A stretch of 64,000 nt of DNA from Pseudomonas phage vB_PaePAO1-KEN19. The notes below the pieces were generated by a model, which had not been told where the DNA came from, searched no databases, and saw only the letters and a list, made by a program, of their open reading frames with translations. A program made the position numbers and the translations under genes. Shown here one piece after another: positions 16,785 to 26,425 of this stretch. Location of the stretch: sequence record PP456878.1; one strand, written 5' to 3'. Positions within the stretch are counted from its first letter, which is position 1. Each line of letters starts with the position of its first letter.

Positions 16785-18416
16785 TTATTTTGCACGGAAC
16801 ATTAATTGAGCGTTGTCAATTATTTCACGCACTTCTTCACGACGTTCAACTAGTCCAGTTGGACCCACTTTGGTATACATATTAAGCCTACCTCGACCAT
16901 CCGGGTTGTTCTTAGGTTGGTTTTTATATTGACCTACCTCAGCAATAGATGCGTGAATAATCCTAGATGAGTCATTGATTAGAGACTTATTATGAGCCTT
17001 AGCTGTTTTAGCGCGATCCTGTGTAACTAGGATAGATGTCCCTTTAATCAACATACTGGAGTTTGGATTACTCATTGTATCGAGTTCACCATGGTCCACT
17101 GTTAATCGTTTAATAGCTGTCTGTAGTTTAAAAGAACGTTTTAAACCTTCGTTTAGCTCTTGTACAGTCCATTCACGATCACGCCTAGACTGGAACATAT
17201 AACCAAACATACTTACAGCATAGTTAAACTCTGACATCAAGTAATGCAGTACTGTTAACCTTTTACCATACATACTAGTTTCATCAATATCAGTAGCATA
17301 AAGATGATGAGCCAAACTAGTCATGATCTCGTAAAGAAGTTCCCAAATAGTACTTACATTGACACCAACTGTTTTAAGTTCTTCAATAGTCATTTCGTCT
17401 AGTGAATTACAGAAACTGTGTAGGTGTGAATCAATGTTTTCCTCTACTTTACCTTGGTGCTCAAAATCACCAAACACCATGTGACCTAGGATAACACGCC
17501 ATAAGTTGGTACTATCTACATATTCAGGTCGAGTAAACCGCATTGGAAATGCATCGACCACATACCAGAAACCAGCGATAAGTCGTGTGGCAAAAATAGA
17601 TTCTTGATGACGAGGTATAACAAGAACCATTTCACCGGTGGGATGTTTGCCTTTTAATGTTGCACTGGAATAAATATTCCACTTTTCACGTGGATATTCT
17701 TCTTCAGGAAAATCAGACAGCAGTCCACACTTAACATCTACATTAGCCCATTGTTTGAAAGTTTGAGTTACTCCAAACTGACAGAAGAAATAATGAGCTA
17801 AACATGACTCAATATGTGGTCGATTATCCAGATCTCGTTTAGTACGCTTAGCCATTTCATTGTGAATCTGTGACCAGATCACATACATGATTTTACGCTG
17901 ACCATTGCACATGTAATGGTGGTCAGTTTGTTTAAAGGTTAGCTTAGTACGACGAAACGGGATGAAGATGCTATCATTAAGTACAGAGAACCCAACATCA
18001 GTTAATACTGGTGAACCGATATATTTCGCACCATTGATAGTTACCATATTGCCTCTCTTAAAAGCTGGTAACAACATTGGACGAGGATAAAGCATTTCCC
18101 CTTTATAACTAAACATTAGGTCAATCATGTACATGTCAGTTGGAGCAATATTGGCAATACGCTTAGCATTATATTCCCGAGTAATCTCTTCAAAATGCTT
18201 AAGCGGTGTACATGCACGATTGCCTTCATATTTGAAGCCATCGGGAAATAGAACTGAACTGATATCAAATAAAGAATCAATATAACGCCTGGTCATATTA
18301 ACACCAGTATTTGGATCACGAGTCATGGTGTGTTCGACTGTGATACCATTTGCTAGTGTTGGATTCATGCAAGGCGTATTTTCACGAATCTTTTCAATTA
18401 GAAATGGATCCGGCAT
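16785..18416 (-). CDS. Hypothetical protein (543 aa).
   Basis: ORF with no recognisable motifs. Confidence 0.5.
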   Translation of the reverse strand: MPDPFLIEKIRENTPCMNPTLANGITVEHTMTRDPNTGVNMTRRYIDSLFDISSVLFPDGFKYEGNRACTPLKHFEEITREYNAKRIANIAPTDMYMIDLMFSYKGEMLYPRPMLLPAFKRGNMVTINGAKYIGSPVLTDVGFSVLNDSIFIPFRRTKLTFKQTDHHYMCNGQRKIMYVIWSQIHNEMAKRTKRDLDNRPHIESCLAHYFFCQFGVTQTFKQWANVDVKCGLLSDFPEEEYPREKWNIYSSATLKGKHPTGEMVLVIPRHQESIFATRLIAGFWYVVDAFPMRFTRPEYVDSTNLWRVILGHMVFGDFEHQGKVEENIDSHLHSFCNSLDEMTIEELKTVGVNVSTIWELLYEIMTSLAHHLYATDIDETSMYGKRLTVLHYLMSEFNYAVSMFGYMFQSRRDREWTVQELNEGLKRSFKLQTAIKRLTVDHGELDTMSNPNSSMLIKGTSILVTQDRAKTAKAHNKSLINDSSRIIHASIAEVGQYKNQPKNNPDGRGRLNMYTKVGPTGLVERREEVREIIDNAQLMFRAK

Positions 18417-18425
18417 TATAAACTC

Positions 18426-19508
18426 CTAAACTTTTGGCAAAATTAAATCCATCAGTGAACCTACAATTTTAATGGATGATACTAGATCAGAGGCAATGGA
18501 GTTTAGATCACCCCATTTTAGACCATGAATCAATACAACATCTTTTGGTTTGAATTCTTTATCAAACGTACCAGCTGCTTTTTCCTGGGCTTCCCTTTCC
18601 TTAATATCAGCCGCTGTTAAGAGCGCAGTCTTAAGACGTTCAATAACTTTCTTATCTTTAATTCCAACCATTGCAGCAGCTTCTTCATGTGTTCTAAAGA
18701 AACCATTTTCATGGAACTGTTCAGGAGGTATTACATATCTCTTTTCGCCATTATGACTAATACATCCATGCTTACCACGGATATTAACAATAAGACCAGG
18801 ATCTAATGATGGATTATAGATTGACTCAATGGCCATAATTCTGCCAGCCATTACATAAAACAATTTATCTGGTTTATTGATGTCAGTATTATACGTTAAA
18901 GAATATGTTTCATTCCATACTTGATTAGAAAGTGCTTCTTCTTCTGGACTAAGTCCGCTGTAACCAGGAGGACTAATATTTCTATTTGGATAAAATTCAA
19001 AATACTGACTATACTCAGTTTTAAATACTTGGATACCTAAACTCTGAATCCAACCACCATGATACTGATCTACTAGTTTTGATAAGTCAATTGAATACCA
19101 AATAGTAATCTCAGATAGCTGGTTATTAAACTGATCGAATGTCTGTCGACTAAATGACTGAATATATTCTAACATTTCCTCAGGTGTAAAACCTGGAATA
19201 GATTTAGCCATAACTTCATAGTTAAAACTATCATCACCACTCCATCGGTAAATGACCTTAACTACTAGTCTATTAGACATTACATACTTACGGGATGTCC
19301 CAATATTGATAGCGTGACCAGATGAATCGACTACAGTAATACGATGAAATGATTCATTCCGATACTCAACAAAACGTGAGACAGGGAGATTCCAATTAGC
19401 GTATGGATCACCCTTAGTGTATGCAGTTCCCGATTTCTTATCATACGGGTGATCGATAGTAGGCTTAACTGATACTTGAGTAAGCCCCGCAATTTTTAGT
19501 GTTACCAT
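18426..19508 (-). CDS. Hypothetical protein (360 aa).
   Basis: ORF. Confidence 0.5.
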   Translation of the reverse strand: MVTLKIAGLTQVSVKPTIDHPYDKKSGTAYTKGDPYANWNLPVSRFVEYRNESFHRITVVDSSGHAINIGTSRKYVMSNRLVVKVIYRWSGDDSFNYEVMAKSIPGFTPEEMLEYIQSFSRQTFDQFNNQLSEITIWYSIDLSKLVDQYHGGWIQSLGIQVFKTEYSQYFEFYPNRNISPPGYSGLSPEEEALSNQVWNETYSLTYNTDINKPDKLFYVMAGRIMAIESIYNPSLDPGLIVNIRGKHGCISHNGEKRYVIPPEQFHENGFFRTHEEAAAMVGIKDKKVIERLKTALLTAADIKEREAQEKAAGTFDKEFKPKDVVLIHGLKWGDLNSIASDLVSSIKIVGSLMDLILPKV

Positions 19509-19917
19509 TGAAATCTACCTTAATCACAACGGCCTCCAAATCTACAATGTTGGGGAGCCTCTTTTTAGTTTGATGTACGGACCTTCCCTTAAAGGATTCA
19601 CTCTTTTCCTTATTACTTGATTTCTGCCATTTATGCGGGTCACTCGAACAATATAACTTTTCGGTGGCCCGCTTAAACTGTTTTTCTTGAAGGATCTCCT
19701 CAATGTTTTTCTTGGCATAATCAGTAATAAAGTCCTCTAGCCCTTTGGGCATAAAGGCATCCTGAACAGGATGGAATTCTTCAAAGAAAGTATTAATGTA
19801 TTTATCATCATCTACGGTAGACATCTTATTATCTACCATGGTATTTTTTTCTATAAGAGATACCCTTAGGGCATCTTGCCATCTTTCGATGACTTCTGGA
19901 AATAATTGAACGTTCAT
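19465..19917 (-). CDS. Hypothetical protein (150 aa). The true start may lie downstream of the annotated Met because of overlap with 18426..19508.
   Basis: ORF. A TATATTAC motif lies ~45 nt upstream on the minus strand. Confidence 0.4.
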   Translation of the reverse strand: MNVQLFPEVIERWQDALRVSLIEKNTMVDNKMSTVDDDKYINTFFEEFHPVQDAFMPKGLEDFITDYAKKNIEEILQEKQFKRATEKLYCSSDPHKWQKSSNKEKSESFKGRSVHQTKKRLPNIVDLEAVVIKVDFNGNTKNCGAYSSIS

Positions 19918-19995
19918 TTGGATTAACCTATTTTTAAATTAGAAGATCATGATCATTACTGTAATATAGATCTTAAACTTTTTTTAATGTAATAC

Positions 19996-20030
19996 AACAT
20001 AAAGCCCTCCCCGAAGGGAGGGCCTATGTC
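19996..20030. terminator. Bidirectional terminator (ACATAAA-GCCCTCCC-cgaa-GGGAGGGC-CTATGT).
   Basis: Perfect GC stem with AT-rich extensions, downstream of the putative capsid gene. Confidence 0.75.
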
Positions 20031-20113
20031 TGTTACTCTTCTAACTTCCGGGCATTACCGTCTTCCAAATAACGGATAGTCCCATTTTCTAGATAACGGT
20101 AACCCTTTCCAGC

Positions 20114-22357
20114 TCACGGCTTAAGATCAGCAAGCTTACCGTTGAACTGAGTTTCGCCCATGACTTTCTGGAAGCCAGTGATCTTGAACTCTAGTGCGAA
20201 CGGAATGTTGTTGACGTGTAGGTTGAACGGAATGGCCGCGATTTCGCGAGTAACCTGGTGACCACCACGGGTGATCGGTAGGTCAGCGATAACAGTAGAT
20301 ACGTAGAAGAACTGACCCCAGGAGAGGATGTCGTTTTCTTGTTGTACTGCGCGGGTCGGAATTACAACTAGCTTACCATCGAATAGCTGGTTGTTGGTGG
20401 AAACGATATCGTACTTGAGATAAGCACCTAGAGTACGGTCGTCACCTTTAGTCATTAGATAGTTAGCAATCTCTTTGTCGGAGCAGAAGAGATACATCGG
20501 AGTTTCATCCTGGTTACCGGAGATAACACGGAAGGCAGCTTCAATGTTGGAATCACGGTGAGCCGGGAATAGCTCAGCTTTAACACAGTTTAGGATCGCA
20601 GCGCAAACGTCGTCCCAACGATCTTTAGACTTGATGGTGTCGATGACTTTCTCAAGATCTAGTTCTTTGTAACGATAGGTCGGACGCATTACAGCGGATA
20701 GTGCACCTTCGATGATACCAAACTTCGGACGGTTGTAACCATTGTGTACAACTTCACGTAGTTGAGCAAGGTAGTTAAGCATGCGCTTAACAGCGTTGTT
20801 GCTGTTACGGATGTTGGTGTTAACAGTTAGAGCTTTAACAACCTCACCCGGACCTTCATCGGTCATGGTGTCCATCGGTAGAGTTACAGGAGCGTGCATC
20901 GGGATCGGATGACGGAACTGTAGCGCACGGGTCTGTAGTAGGTGACCACGCTGACGACGGTTAGTGTTGGTGAAGCGAGTGTCTAGTTCGAAACCGATAA
21001 CCGCTAGGTCAGTTAGCTGATCTAGAATAGCTTTAACAGCCGGGTCAGCATTATCCATTACCTGACCATCTTCGTTTAGAACTTTATCGACGTAAGTGTC
21101 GGTAGCACCAAACTTAGAATCGCCTTTGGATAGGCTGATTGTACCACCAAAACCAACGCTTAGACGTAGGCTTAGTTTAGCGGTCTTAAGATCATTGATA
21201 ACACCGTCAGCTGAACCATCGATGAAAGTGGTATCGCCACTAACAACTAGATCGTCGCTATCGAAACGGATAACAGCGTTCCGGGTATCACCAACTAGAT
21301 CGGGCTGGAACACAGCGCGAGGTAGACGGTCAACCTTGAACTTAACAACTTTACCACCGAGTAGAACGAATAGGTTCTTTAGACGACCAGCCGGATCAAT
21401 GGTGTCAGAAACTTCAAGCATGCCACGCTGGATGAGTAGGTTAGCATTGGAGTTACCCATTAGATCAAGACGTACGTTCGCTTTTAGCGGAGCAGTAGTG
21501 ATAGTTAGGTTCTGCTCGTTCTTGATGGTGTACGGAGGAACAAGAGCCGGGTCTACGAAGAAGTCAGCATTGGAACCAGCCGGATCTAGGGCAGGAATTA
21601 GTGCAATGCTTTCGTCGTCGAGGATGGAAGGATCACGATAGGCTTCTACCATGTTCACTTCTTCGTTATCCATCTTAACGCCGGATACTTCGTGGTAAAC
21701 GTCTTTCATTACAGCGATGTAAGGAAGAACCTGAACAACACCACCTTCAATCGGGTTGATAACGGTGGTCGGATAGATACGCTCAGCGAATTCATCCTGA
21801 CGGCTAGCAGCTAGGTTATAACCAATAGTTACAACACGGAAATCACGCTGTGACTTCTCGTTATAGTTCTCTAGGCCAACACCATTTTCGAATACTTGAA
21901 TGCCACCAGCAGGGCCATTGAACTGATGCTGTACAACCTTAACATGATCTTCGTTAGAAGCTTTAGCTTTGGTAATACCACGTAGTGCACGGATATATTT
22001 AGTTTCATCAGCACAGGCGATAGCAGCCATGGTAGCAGCAGTGATCTGGTTCTCACGAACACGTTCTTCACGAGCACGTACTTGAGGATCACTGGAACTT
22101 ACTCGTTCGAAACCATAGTCGTTAACGAGCATTTGCATTTTGTTATAAATTGCAGCAGCATCTTGAACGTCGGTAGCTTGTACGGTACCGAAGTTTTCAT
22201 GTGAAATGGTGCTAACAAGGGAACGACCTTGACTAACAATGCTGTCATTTAGACCAATTTCACTTTCTAGGTGGCCAATGAAATCTTCCATTGAGAAGAC
22301 TTCGTATTTCTTTTCGCCTTTGTGTTTAAACAGTTCTCTTAGGGCATGTACGCTCAT
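20114..22357 (-). CDS. Putative major capsid protein (747 aa). Strongly atypical, GC-rich codon usage suggests very high expression.
   Basis: Local GC is about 50% against about 38% background, with codon choices unlike the neighbours. 747 aa equals the length I recall for phiKZ gp120. It lies in the head-gene context. Confidence 0.5.
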   Translation of the reverse strand: MSVHALRELFKHKGEKKYEVFSMEDFIGHLESEIGLNDSIVSQGRSLVSTISHENFGTVQATDVQDAAAIYNKMQMLVNDYGFERVSSSDPQVRAREERVRENQITAATMAAIACADETKYIRALRGITKAKASNEDHVKVVQHQFNGPAGGIQVFENGVGLENYNEKSQRDFRVVTIGYNLAASRQDEFAERIYPTTVINPIEGGVVQVLPYIAVMKDVYHEVSGVKMDNEEVNMVEAYRDPSILDDESIALIPALDPAGSNADFFVDPALVPPYTIKNEQNLTITTAPLKANVRLDLMGNSNANLLIQRGMLEVSDTIDPAGRLKNLFVLLGGKVVKFKVDRLPRAVFQPDLVGDTRNAVIRFDSDDLVVSGDTTFIDGSADGVINDLKTAKLSLRLSVGFGGTISLSKGDSKFGATDTYVDKVLNEDGQVMDNADPAVKAILDQLTDLAVIGFELDTRFTNTNRRQRGHLLQTRALQFRHPIPMHAPVTLPMDTMTDEGPGEVVKALTVNTNIRNSNNAVKRMLNYLAQLREVVHNGYNRPKFGIIEGALSAVMRPTYRYKELDLEKVIDTIKSKDRWDDVCAAILNCVKAELFPAHRDSNIEAAFRVISGNQDETPMYLFCSDKEIANYLMTKGDDRTLGAYLKYDIVSTNNQLFDGKLVVIPTRAVQQENDILSWGQFFYVSTVIADLPITRGGHQVTREIAAIPFNLHVNNIPFALEFKITGFQKVMGETQFNGKLADLKP

Positions 22358-22429
22358 TTTTTATTCCTACGTAGGATGAGTTTTTGGTTTAAAAATTTGG
22401 GTCTACTAAGCATCTTTTCCGGAATCAAC

Positions 22430-22963
22430 CTAGCAGCTCTCCAAATAATAGGTAAAAATTTGTGTTGACGCCACGGATTCACGTGGGCGGGTGTTCAACA
22501 TTTCATTTATCATACTATCAAAGAAAGTATGGTTAAGTTGAATTGAGACACGTCTAGGATCGCTACTTGCAATGTGCGCACTCTGCTGCACCGCAACCCA
22601 CAGATTCTCATCTACAGGATATAGGTAATAATCGTACACTAAATTACGGTTACCTGCATCCCTAAGTTCATTAGTCGCTAGGCGGCTCTCTAAACGATTG
22701 TGTAAATCCTTCATCTTAAATTGTTCAGGACCGTCTATTTCACCTAGCTCAGCAACTTTAATTATCGGGCTTACTGCTAACTTAATATCTAGTTTTTCTG
22801 GTAATAGAAAGGGGAAAGCAGTTAAAGCCTGATGTATCTCCGCAAGATCATTTACGGAGGTTTCGGAAACTATATAGTTGGTGTCTAACAATTTGTTAAA
22901 TTGTACACCTGCTGTTTTATATGATTCAAAAACAGCTTTTGGCATAACCAGAACTTGGGTCAT
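22430..22963 (-). CDS. Hypothetical protein (177 aa) immediately upstream of the putative capsid gene.
   Basis: ORF. Confidence 0.5.
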   Translation of the reverse strand: MTQVLVMPKAVFESYKTAGVQFNKLLDTNYIVSETSVNDLAEIHQALTAFPFLLPEKLDIKLAVSPIIKVAELGEIDGPEQFKMKDLHNRLESRLATNELRDAGNRNLVYDYYLYPVDENLWVAVQQSAHIASSDPRRVSIQLNHTFFDSMINEMLNTRPRESVASTQIFTYYLESC

Positions 22964-23102
22964 TGTGAAAGTACCTATATTGTAACTTTAGGCTTTTGGG
23001 AACTGTCTACATAGCAATATAGCAAATACATTCACTAAAATTACTAGCTATCTAAATGATACACTGTACATCTCTTAATTTCACAATTGGAAATCTATAA
23101 AA

Positions 23103-24650
23103 ATGTCAAGTCCAAAACAATTACTCGTTTCATGTATCACTCTATTATGTTTAGAAAATCGAGAAGATTCTCCTGTGGAACCATCCAATGAATTGGTTAC
23201 CGAGATTCTTGATACTCTAAATGATAAGGGTGGTACATTAGATGTAGATCATGGTCGGCAAACATTTTTAGATCTTCGTAATCTACTAGTGGATCTAAAT
23301 AAGAAACAGAAAACATATTTCCCAGCTACCCAACAGGTATTACAATCACTACAAGTATGTTGTCGTGAAGAAAGTTATCTATACGATGCTGTTAAAAATG
23401 CGGTAGAAGAAGAATTTCCAAATGGCATGGCATTAGCTATGCGTGTAACATCATATCGTCGTGATCTAAATAGCTACTTAGCTGATGAAAAGGTAAAAGC
23501 TATTGTAAAAGAATGTTCATCAAAAATTCTTTTCAATAGAGGCTCTGCTGATATTCCGGCAATCATTAATGAAATGGCAACCAGAGCTGACCCATATATT
23601 CGCGCCCGTGCTGAAGAGAAACACCCAGCTGAAATGGGTGCACTTGATTTTGGTAATTTAGATTCTATTGAAGGATTCTTCGAAGAAGCTAAAACCATTC
23701 TTTCACCAAATGGTGCTTTCCGAACTGGATGGAAAGGCTTTAACCGTATGCTTGGTGATCTAGGTGCATTAAAACGTGGTGAATTCATTATTGGTGGTGG
23801 CCTACAACACCAATATAAATCTGGCGTTTCTATGAGTCTATTTTGTCATGTATGTCTATTTAATAAACCATACATGCGTGATATCAATAAGAAACCATTA
23901 GTAATGTTTATTACTCTTGAGAATGAGATTCCGGATAACCTTATTTTCATTTATGAGTATATTTACGAAAATGAAACAGGTATCAAGGTAGATCGTAGTT
24001 CCATTAGTAAAGCTGAAGCAGCTGAATATGTATCAGCTCGTCTTCGTGAAAATGGTTTCGAGCCAGTAATGTACCGTTTTGACCCGACTGAATTTACGAT
24101 TGCTGGTTTAGTTAACTATCTAGATACATATCAAGCACGTGGTTATGAACTACAATATCTCTGCGTAGATTATCTAAACATGTTGCCTAAAACTGGATTA
24201 GTAACCAGTGTAGCAGGTGATGACGTTCGTCTCCTATTTAGGCGAATGCGTAATTATACTGCGCCACGTGGTATTACATTCTTTAGTCCACACCAGTTAA
24301 GTTCTCAGGCACTAGAACTAATCAGGGATAATATCCCACCAGAAGACTTTGTTAAACAAGTTGCTAACAAAGGTTACTATGATGGTTGTCGTCGACTTGG
24401 GCAAGAACCTGATCTGGAATTCTTCTTCCACATTGTTAAAGTAAGTGGTAAGTATTATCTAACTGTACAACGTGGTAAACACCGTAACGTTGTAAGTGAT
24501 AGTAAGCATCACTATTTTGTTATGCCGTTTGATCCAGACCGTATTGGTGGTATTAGATGGGATATCGATAAAGAAGAAAACAATTACATGGATTTCGTAC
24601 CAAGTCTTAGTAACATGCAAGCAACTGGTGGAGATGACTGGGGATATTAA
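23103..24650 (+). CDS. RecA-fold protein of the DnaB-helicase family with a degenerate Walker A.
   Basis: LCVDYLNML matches the DnaB H2/Walker-B hallmark IDYLQLM. Upstream is GEFIIGGGLQHQYKSGVSMSL where Walker A would be. A ~150-aa N-terminal domain precedes the RecA-like core. Confidence 0.35.
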   Translation: MSSPKQLLVSCITLLCLENREDSPVEPSNELVTEILDTLNDKGGTLDVDHGRQTFLDLRNLLVDLNKKQKTYFPATQQVLQSLQVCCREESYLYDAVKNAVEEEFPNGMALAMRVTSYRRDLNSYLADEKVKAIVKECSSKILFNRGSADIPAIINEMATRADPYIRARAEEKHPAEMGALDFGNLDSIEGFFEEAKTILSPNGAFRTGWKGFNRMLGDLGALKRGEFIIGGGLQHQYKSGVSMSLFCHVCLFNKPYMRDINKKPLVMFITLENEIPDNLIFIYEYIYENETGIKVDRSSISKAEAAEYVSARLRENGFEPVMYRFDPTEFTIAGLVNYLDTYQARGYELQYLCVDYLNMLPKTGLVTSVAGDDVRLLFRRMRNYTAPRGITFFSPHQLSSQALELIRDNIPPEDFVKQVANKGYYDGCRRLGQEPDLEFFFHIVKVSGKYYLTVQRGKHRNVVSDSKHHYFVMPFDPDRIGGIRWDIDKEENNYMDFVPSLSNMQATGGDDWGY

Positions 24651-24656
24651 CAACAT

Positions 24657-24682
24657 AAAGCTCTCCCTTCGGGGAGAGCACT
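24657..24682 (+). terminator. Terminator hairpin (GCTCTCCC-ttcg-GGGAGAGC) followed by a T-rich tract.
   Basis: 8-bp stem directly after the stop of 23103..24650. Confidence 0.7.
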
Positions 24683-24704
24683 ATAATTTTAATAGGTAAT
24701 CTAA

Positions 24705-25073
24705 ATGAGTGCAATTGATAATTTAGTAAATACTTTAAGAAAAAATATTAGTGAATGTAGAAAGTTTAATCGCCCTCTATTTGCACGTGTATATGCCGCA
24801 TCACAAAATTACGATAAAATCCGTTATGCTGTAGCAGAAGAAGCCCATTATTTTAAATATGGGAAATATGCAGAGGGTAATAATTTAAACATTGATGAAC
24901 TCATCAGTGATCTTTATTTATATTACACTATTTACGTTGATATTATCCGTAAACCATTACCCGATCCTAATGGGGATTTTATCAGTATCGTAAACCAAGA
25001 TCACTATACACACATCTACTGGGATTTAGATCGGTGTGAATCTATTCCAGATGATGTAAAGGAGTTAATGTAA
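24705..25073 (+). CDS. Hypothetical protein (122 aa).
   Basis: ORF. Confidence 0.45.
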   Translation: MSAIDNLVNTLRKNISECRKFNRPLFARVYAASQNYDKIRYAVAEEAHYFKYGKYAEGNNLNIDELISDLYLYYTIYVDIIRKPLPDPNGDFISIVNQDHYTHIYWDLDRCESIPDDVKELM

Positions 25074-25074
25074 T

Positions 25075-25311
25075 ATGTACTATGGTAATGTTTATATTAT
25101 CTTTATTGGTGGTTTATTAATATTTATCCTAGGATTGGTATTTGGAGGAATACTGGGAGAAGAGAACAATAACGTATATAAACTCAAATCCCAACAATTT
25201 GAATACTGCGTTAAAAATAAACAATCAAAAAATAATGACAGTGAAAATATCCAAGTTATTAAAGTATGCGCAGAGTCTATTGTACTCCTATATCCGACTA
25301 ATGAAAAATAA
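25075..25311 (+). CDS. Small membrane protein (78 aa) with an N-terminal transmembrane helix.
   Basis: The sequence VYIIFIGGLLIFILGLVFGGILG is a hydrophobic helix. The ATG overlaps the stop of the upstream gene. Confidence 0.45.
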   Translation: MYYGNVYIIFIGGLLIFILGLVFGGILGEENNNVYKLKSQQFEYCVKNKQSKNNDSENIQVIKVCAESIVLLYPTNEK

Positions 25312-25328
25312 AGCATTTAAGCCCTCAT

Positions 25329-25353
25329 AGGAGGGCTTTTATGTCGTATGGCT
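25329..25353 (+). terminator. Terminator hairpin (AAGCCCTC-atag-GAGGGCTT) followed by TTTATG.
   Basis: Hairpin plus T-run after 25075..25311. Confidence 0.65.
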
Positions 25354-25472
25354 AATATGCTAGTAGATAATGAATAAAATCGATTATAGAGCAAATTAGA
25401 AGGTATTAAAGGCATAAAGAAAGTCTATCTCTAGACTTATTATTTTTTAATTAAAAAAAATATAATCTACAC

Positions 25473-25494
25473 TGTGTCTCCTTTTAGGGAGACA
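25473..25494. promoter_or_regulatory. Hairpin CTGTCTCC-uuuuag-GGAGACAG in the non-coding hub.
   Basis: 8-bp stem. Its UUUUAG loop is related to the UUUAGCGG loops of two downstream hairpins. Confidence 0.4.
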
Positions 25495-25648
25495 GTATGT
25501 ATTAGCTAACGCTATTAGAATAATGCTAATATTGTTTATTATTAGAATAAGGATATACCTTCGGTATAGTTTATTATGAAATAAAAGCCCCTACGGGGCG
25601 ATCCGATTCATCAGTTCCACATTAGGTAATATTCATGAGTAATATTTG

Positions 25649-25679
25649 ATTACCAGTATTACTCAATGATACTGGTAAT
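25649..25679. repeat. Perfect 11-bp inverted repeat ATTACCAGTAT-(9 bp)-ATACTGGTAAT. Candidate protein-binding operator or origin element.
   Basis: Exact palindrome in an AT-rich non-coding stretch. A third ACTGGTATT copy lies at 25765-25773. Confidence 0.5.
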
Positions 25680-25836
25680 AATATACTAGGTTATTAACAA
25701 TATGTATTGATTATTCTGATTAAGTCAAATTAGTTAATAAACAAATCAATTATCAACGAGTGATAACTGGTATTGATTACTAGCTAAAGAGATTAATTAG
25801 GATATCTACATGAGGAGTCGCTACCCCATGTATACT

Positions 25837-25898
25837 GGAGTGTCTCTTTAGCGGGAGACTTAACTCCACTTGGGAGCCGCTTTAGCGGGCGGCTCTCA
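25837..25898. promoter_or_regulatory. Two adjacent hairpins with different stems but the identical 8-nt loop TTTAGCGG (GTCTC/GAGAC and GAGCCGC/GCGGCTC). Candidate structured RNA or regulatory element.
   Basis: Loop identity with stem covariation, non-coding position, A-run after the second hairpin. Confidence 0.45.
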
Positions 25899-25924
25899 CT
25901 TAAACAAAAAAAGAATTCAGATAA

Positions 25925-25948
25925 GTCCCTCTCCTGAAGGAGAGGGGT
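25925..25948 (-). terminator. Terminator for 25955..26260 (CCCTCTCC-tgaa-GGAGAGGG, followed by T7 on the minus strand).
   Basis: Hairpin plus U-run in the minus orientation. Confidence 0.65.
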
Positions 25949-25954
25949 TGTTTA

Positions 25955-26260
25955 TCATAGGCTTCTCCTTTCGGTTACATAGAACTTCTTCTGATCCATG
26001 TCAGTGTCCGTTACTATGAAATTGTCGAAGGGGTTGATGGATACGGCTAAACTTGCGTTGTTGACGTATCCTATCGTAGGACCAGCCCAATAACCAATGA
26101 AGTGACCTTTACGATCTCGACATTGGATAACATTATCAGCGTGTATTTTCGCAACTGACATGCTATGGGTTGATCCATCGGGTCTCTTGAAAAAGAAACC
26201 CACATCCTGCATTCTGTGCAGGTCAGGGCTAACATTGTTAGCGGTAACTGGAATTAACAT
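25955..26260 (-). CDS. Hypothetical small protein (101 aa).
   Basis: ORF. Confidence 0.45.
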   Translation of the reverse strand: MLIPVTANNVSPDLHRMQDVGFFFKRPDGSTHSMSVAKIHADNVIQCRDRKGHFIGYWAGPTIGYVNNASLAVSINPFDNFIVTDTDMDQKKFYVTERRSL

Positions 26261-26387
26261 GATGGTTCCTCTTGTTAATCCAAGCCCATTTGGGCGAAAA
26301 TGTTGAGTATTTTTTACTCAACGGCATATAGTCCTACTGCTGCAACAGTAGGGCTAATTCTTTTATTCTTAAATGTTTAACTGAATA

Positions 26388-26417
26388 AATGCCCTCTCCC
26401 GAAGGAGAGGGCTTATG
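26388..26417. terminator. Terminator hairpin (GCCCTCTCC-cgaa-GGAGAGGGC).
   Basis: 9-bp stem downstream of 26426..26701. Confidence 0.65.
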
Positions 26418-26425
26418 TCGTTGAT

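Noticed and set aside
21096-21641. 181-aa plus-strand ORF inside the putative capsid gene
   Set aside because: It is antisense to the GC-rich capsid gene. High GC suppresses stop codons on the opposite strand. It is Arg/Ser/Pro-rich nonsense with no ribosome-binding site.
25330-25955. Possible tRNA genes in the hairpin-rich non-coding region
   Set aside because: The stems are isolated hairpins with 6-8 nt loops. No acceptor, D, anticodon or T-arm cloverleaf can be formed, and no GTTCRANTCC T-loop occurs here or elsewhere in the window.
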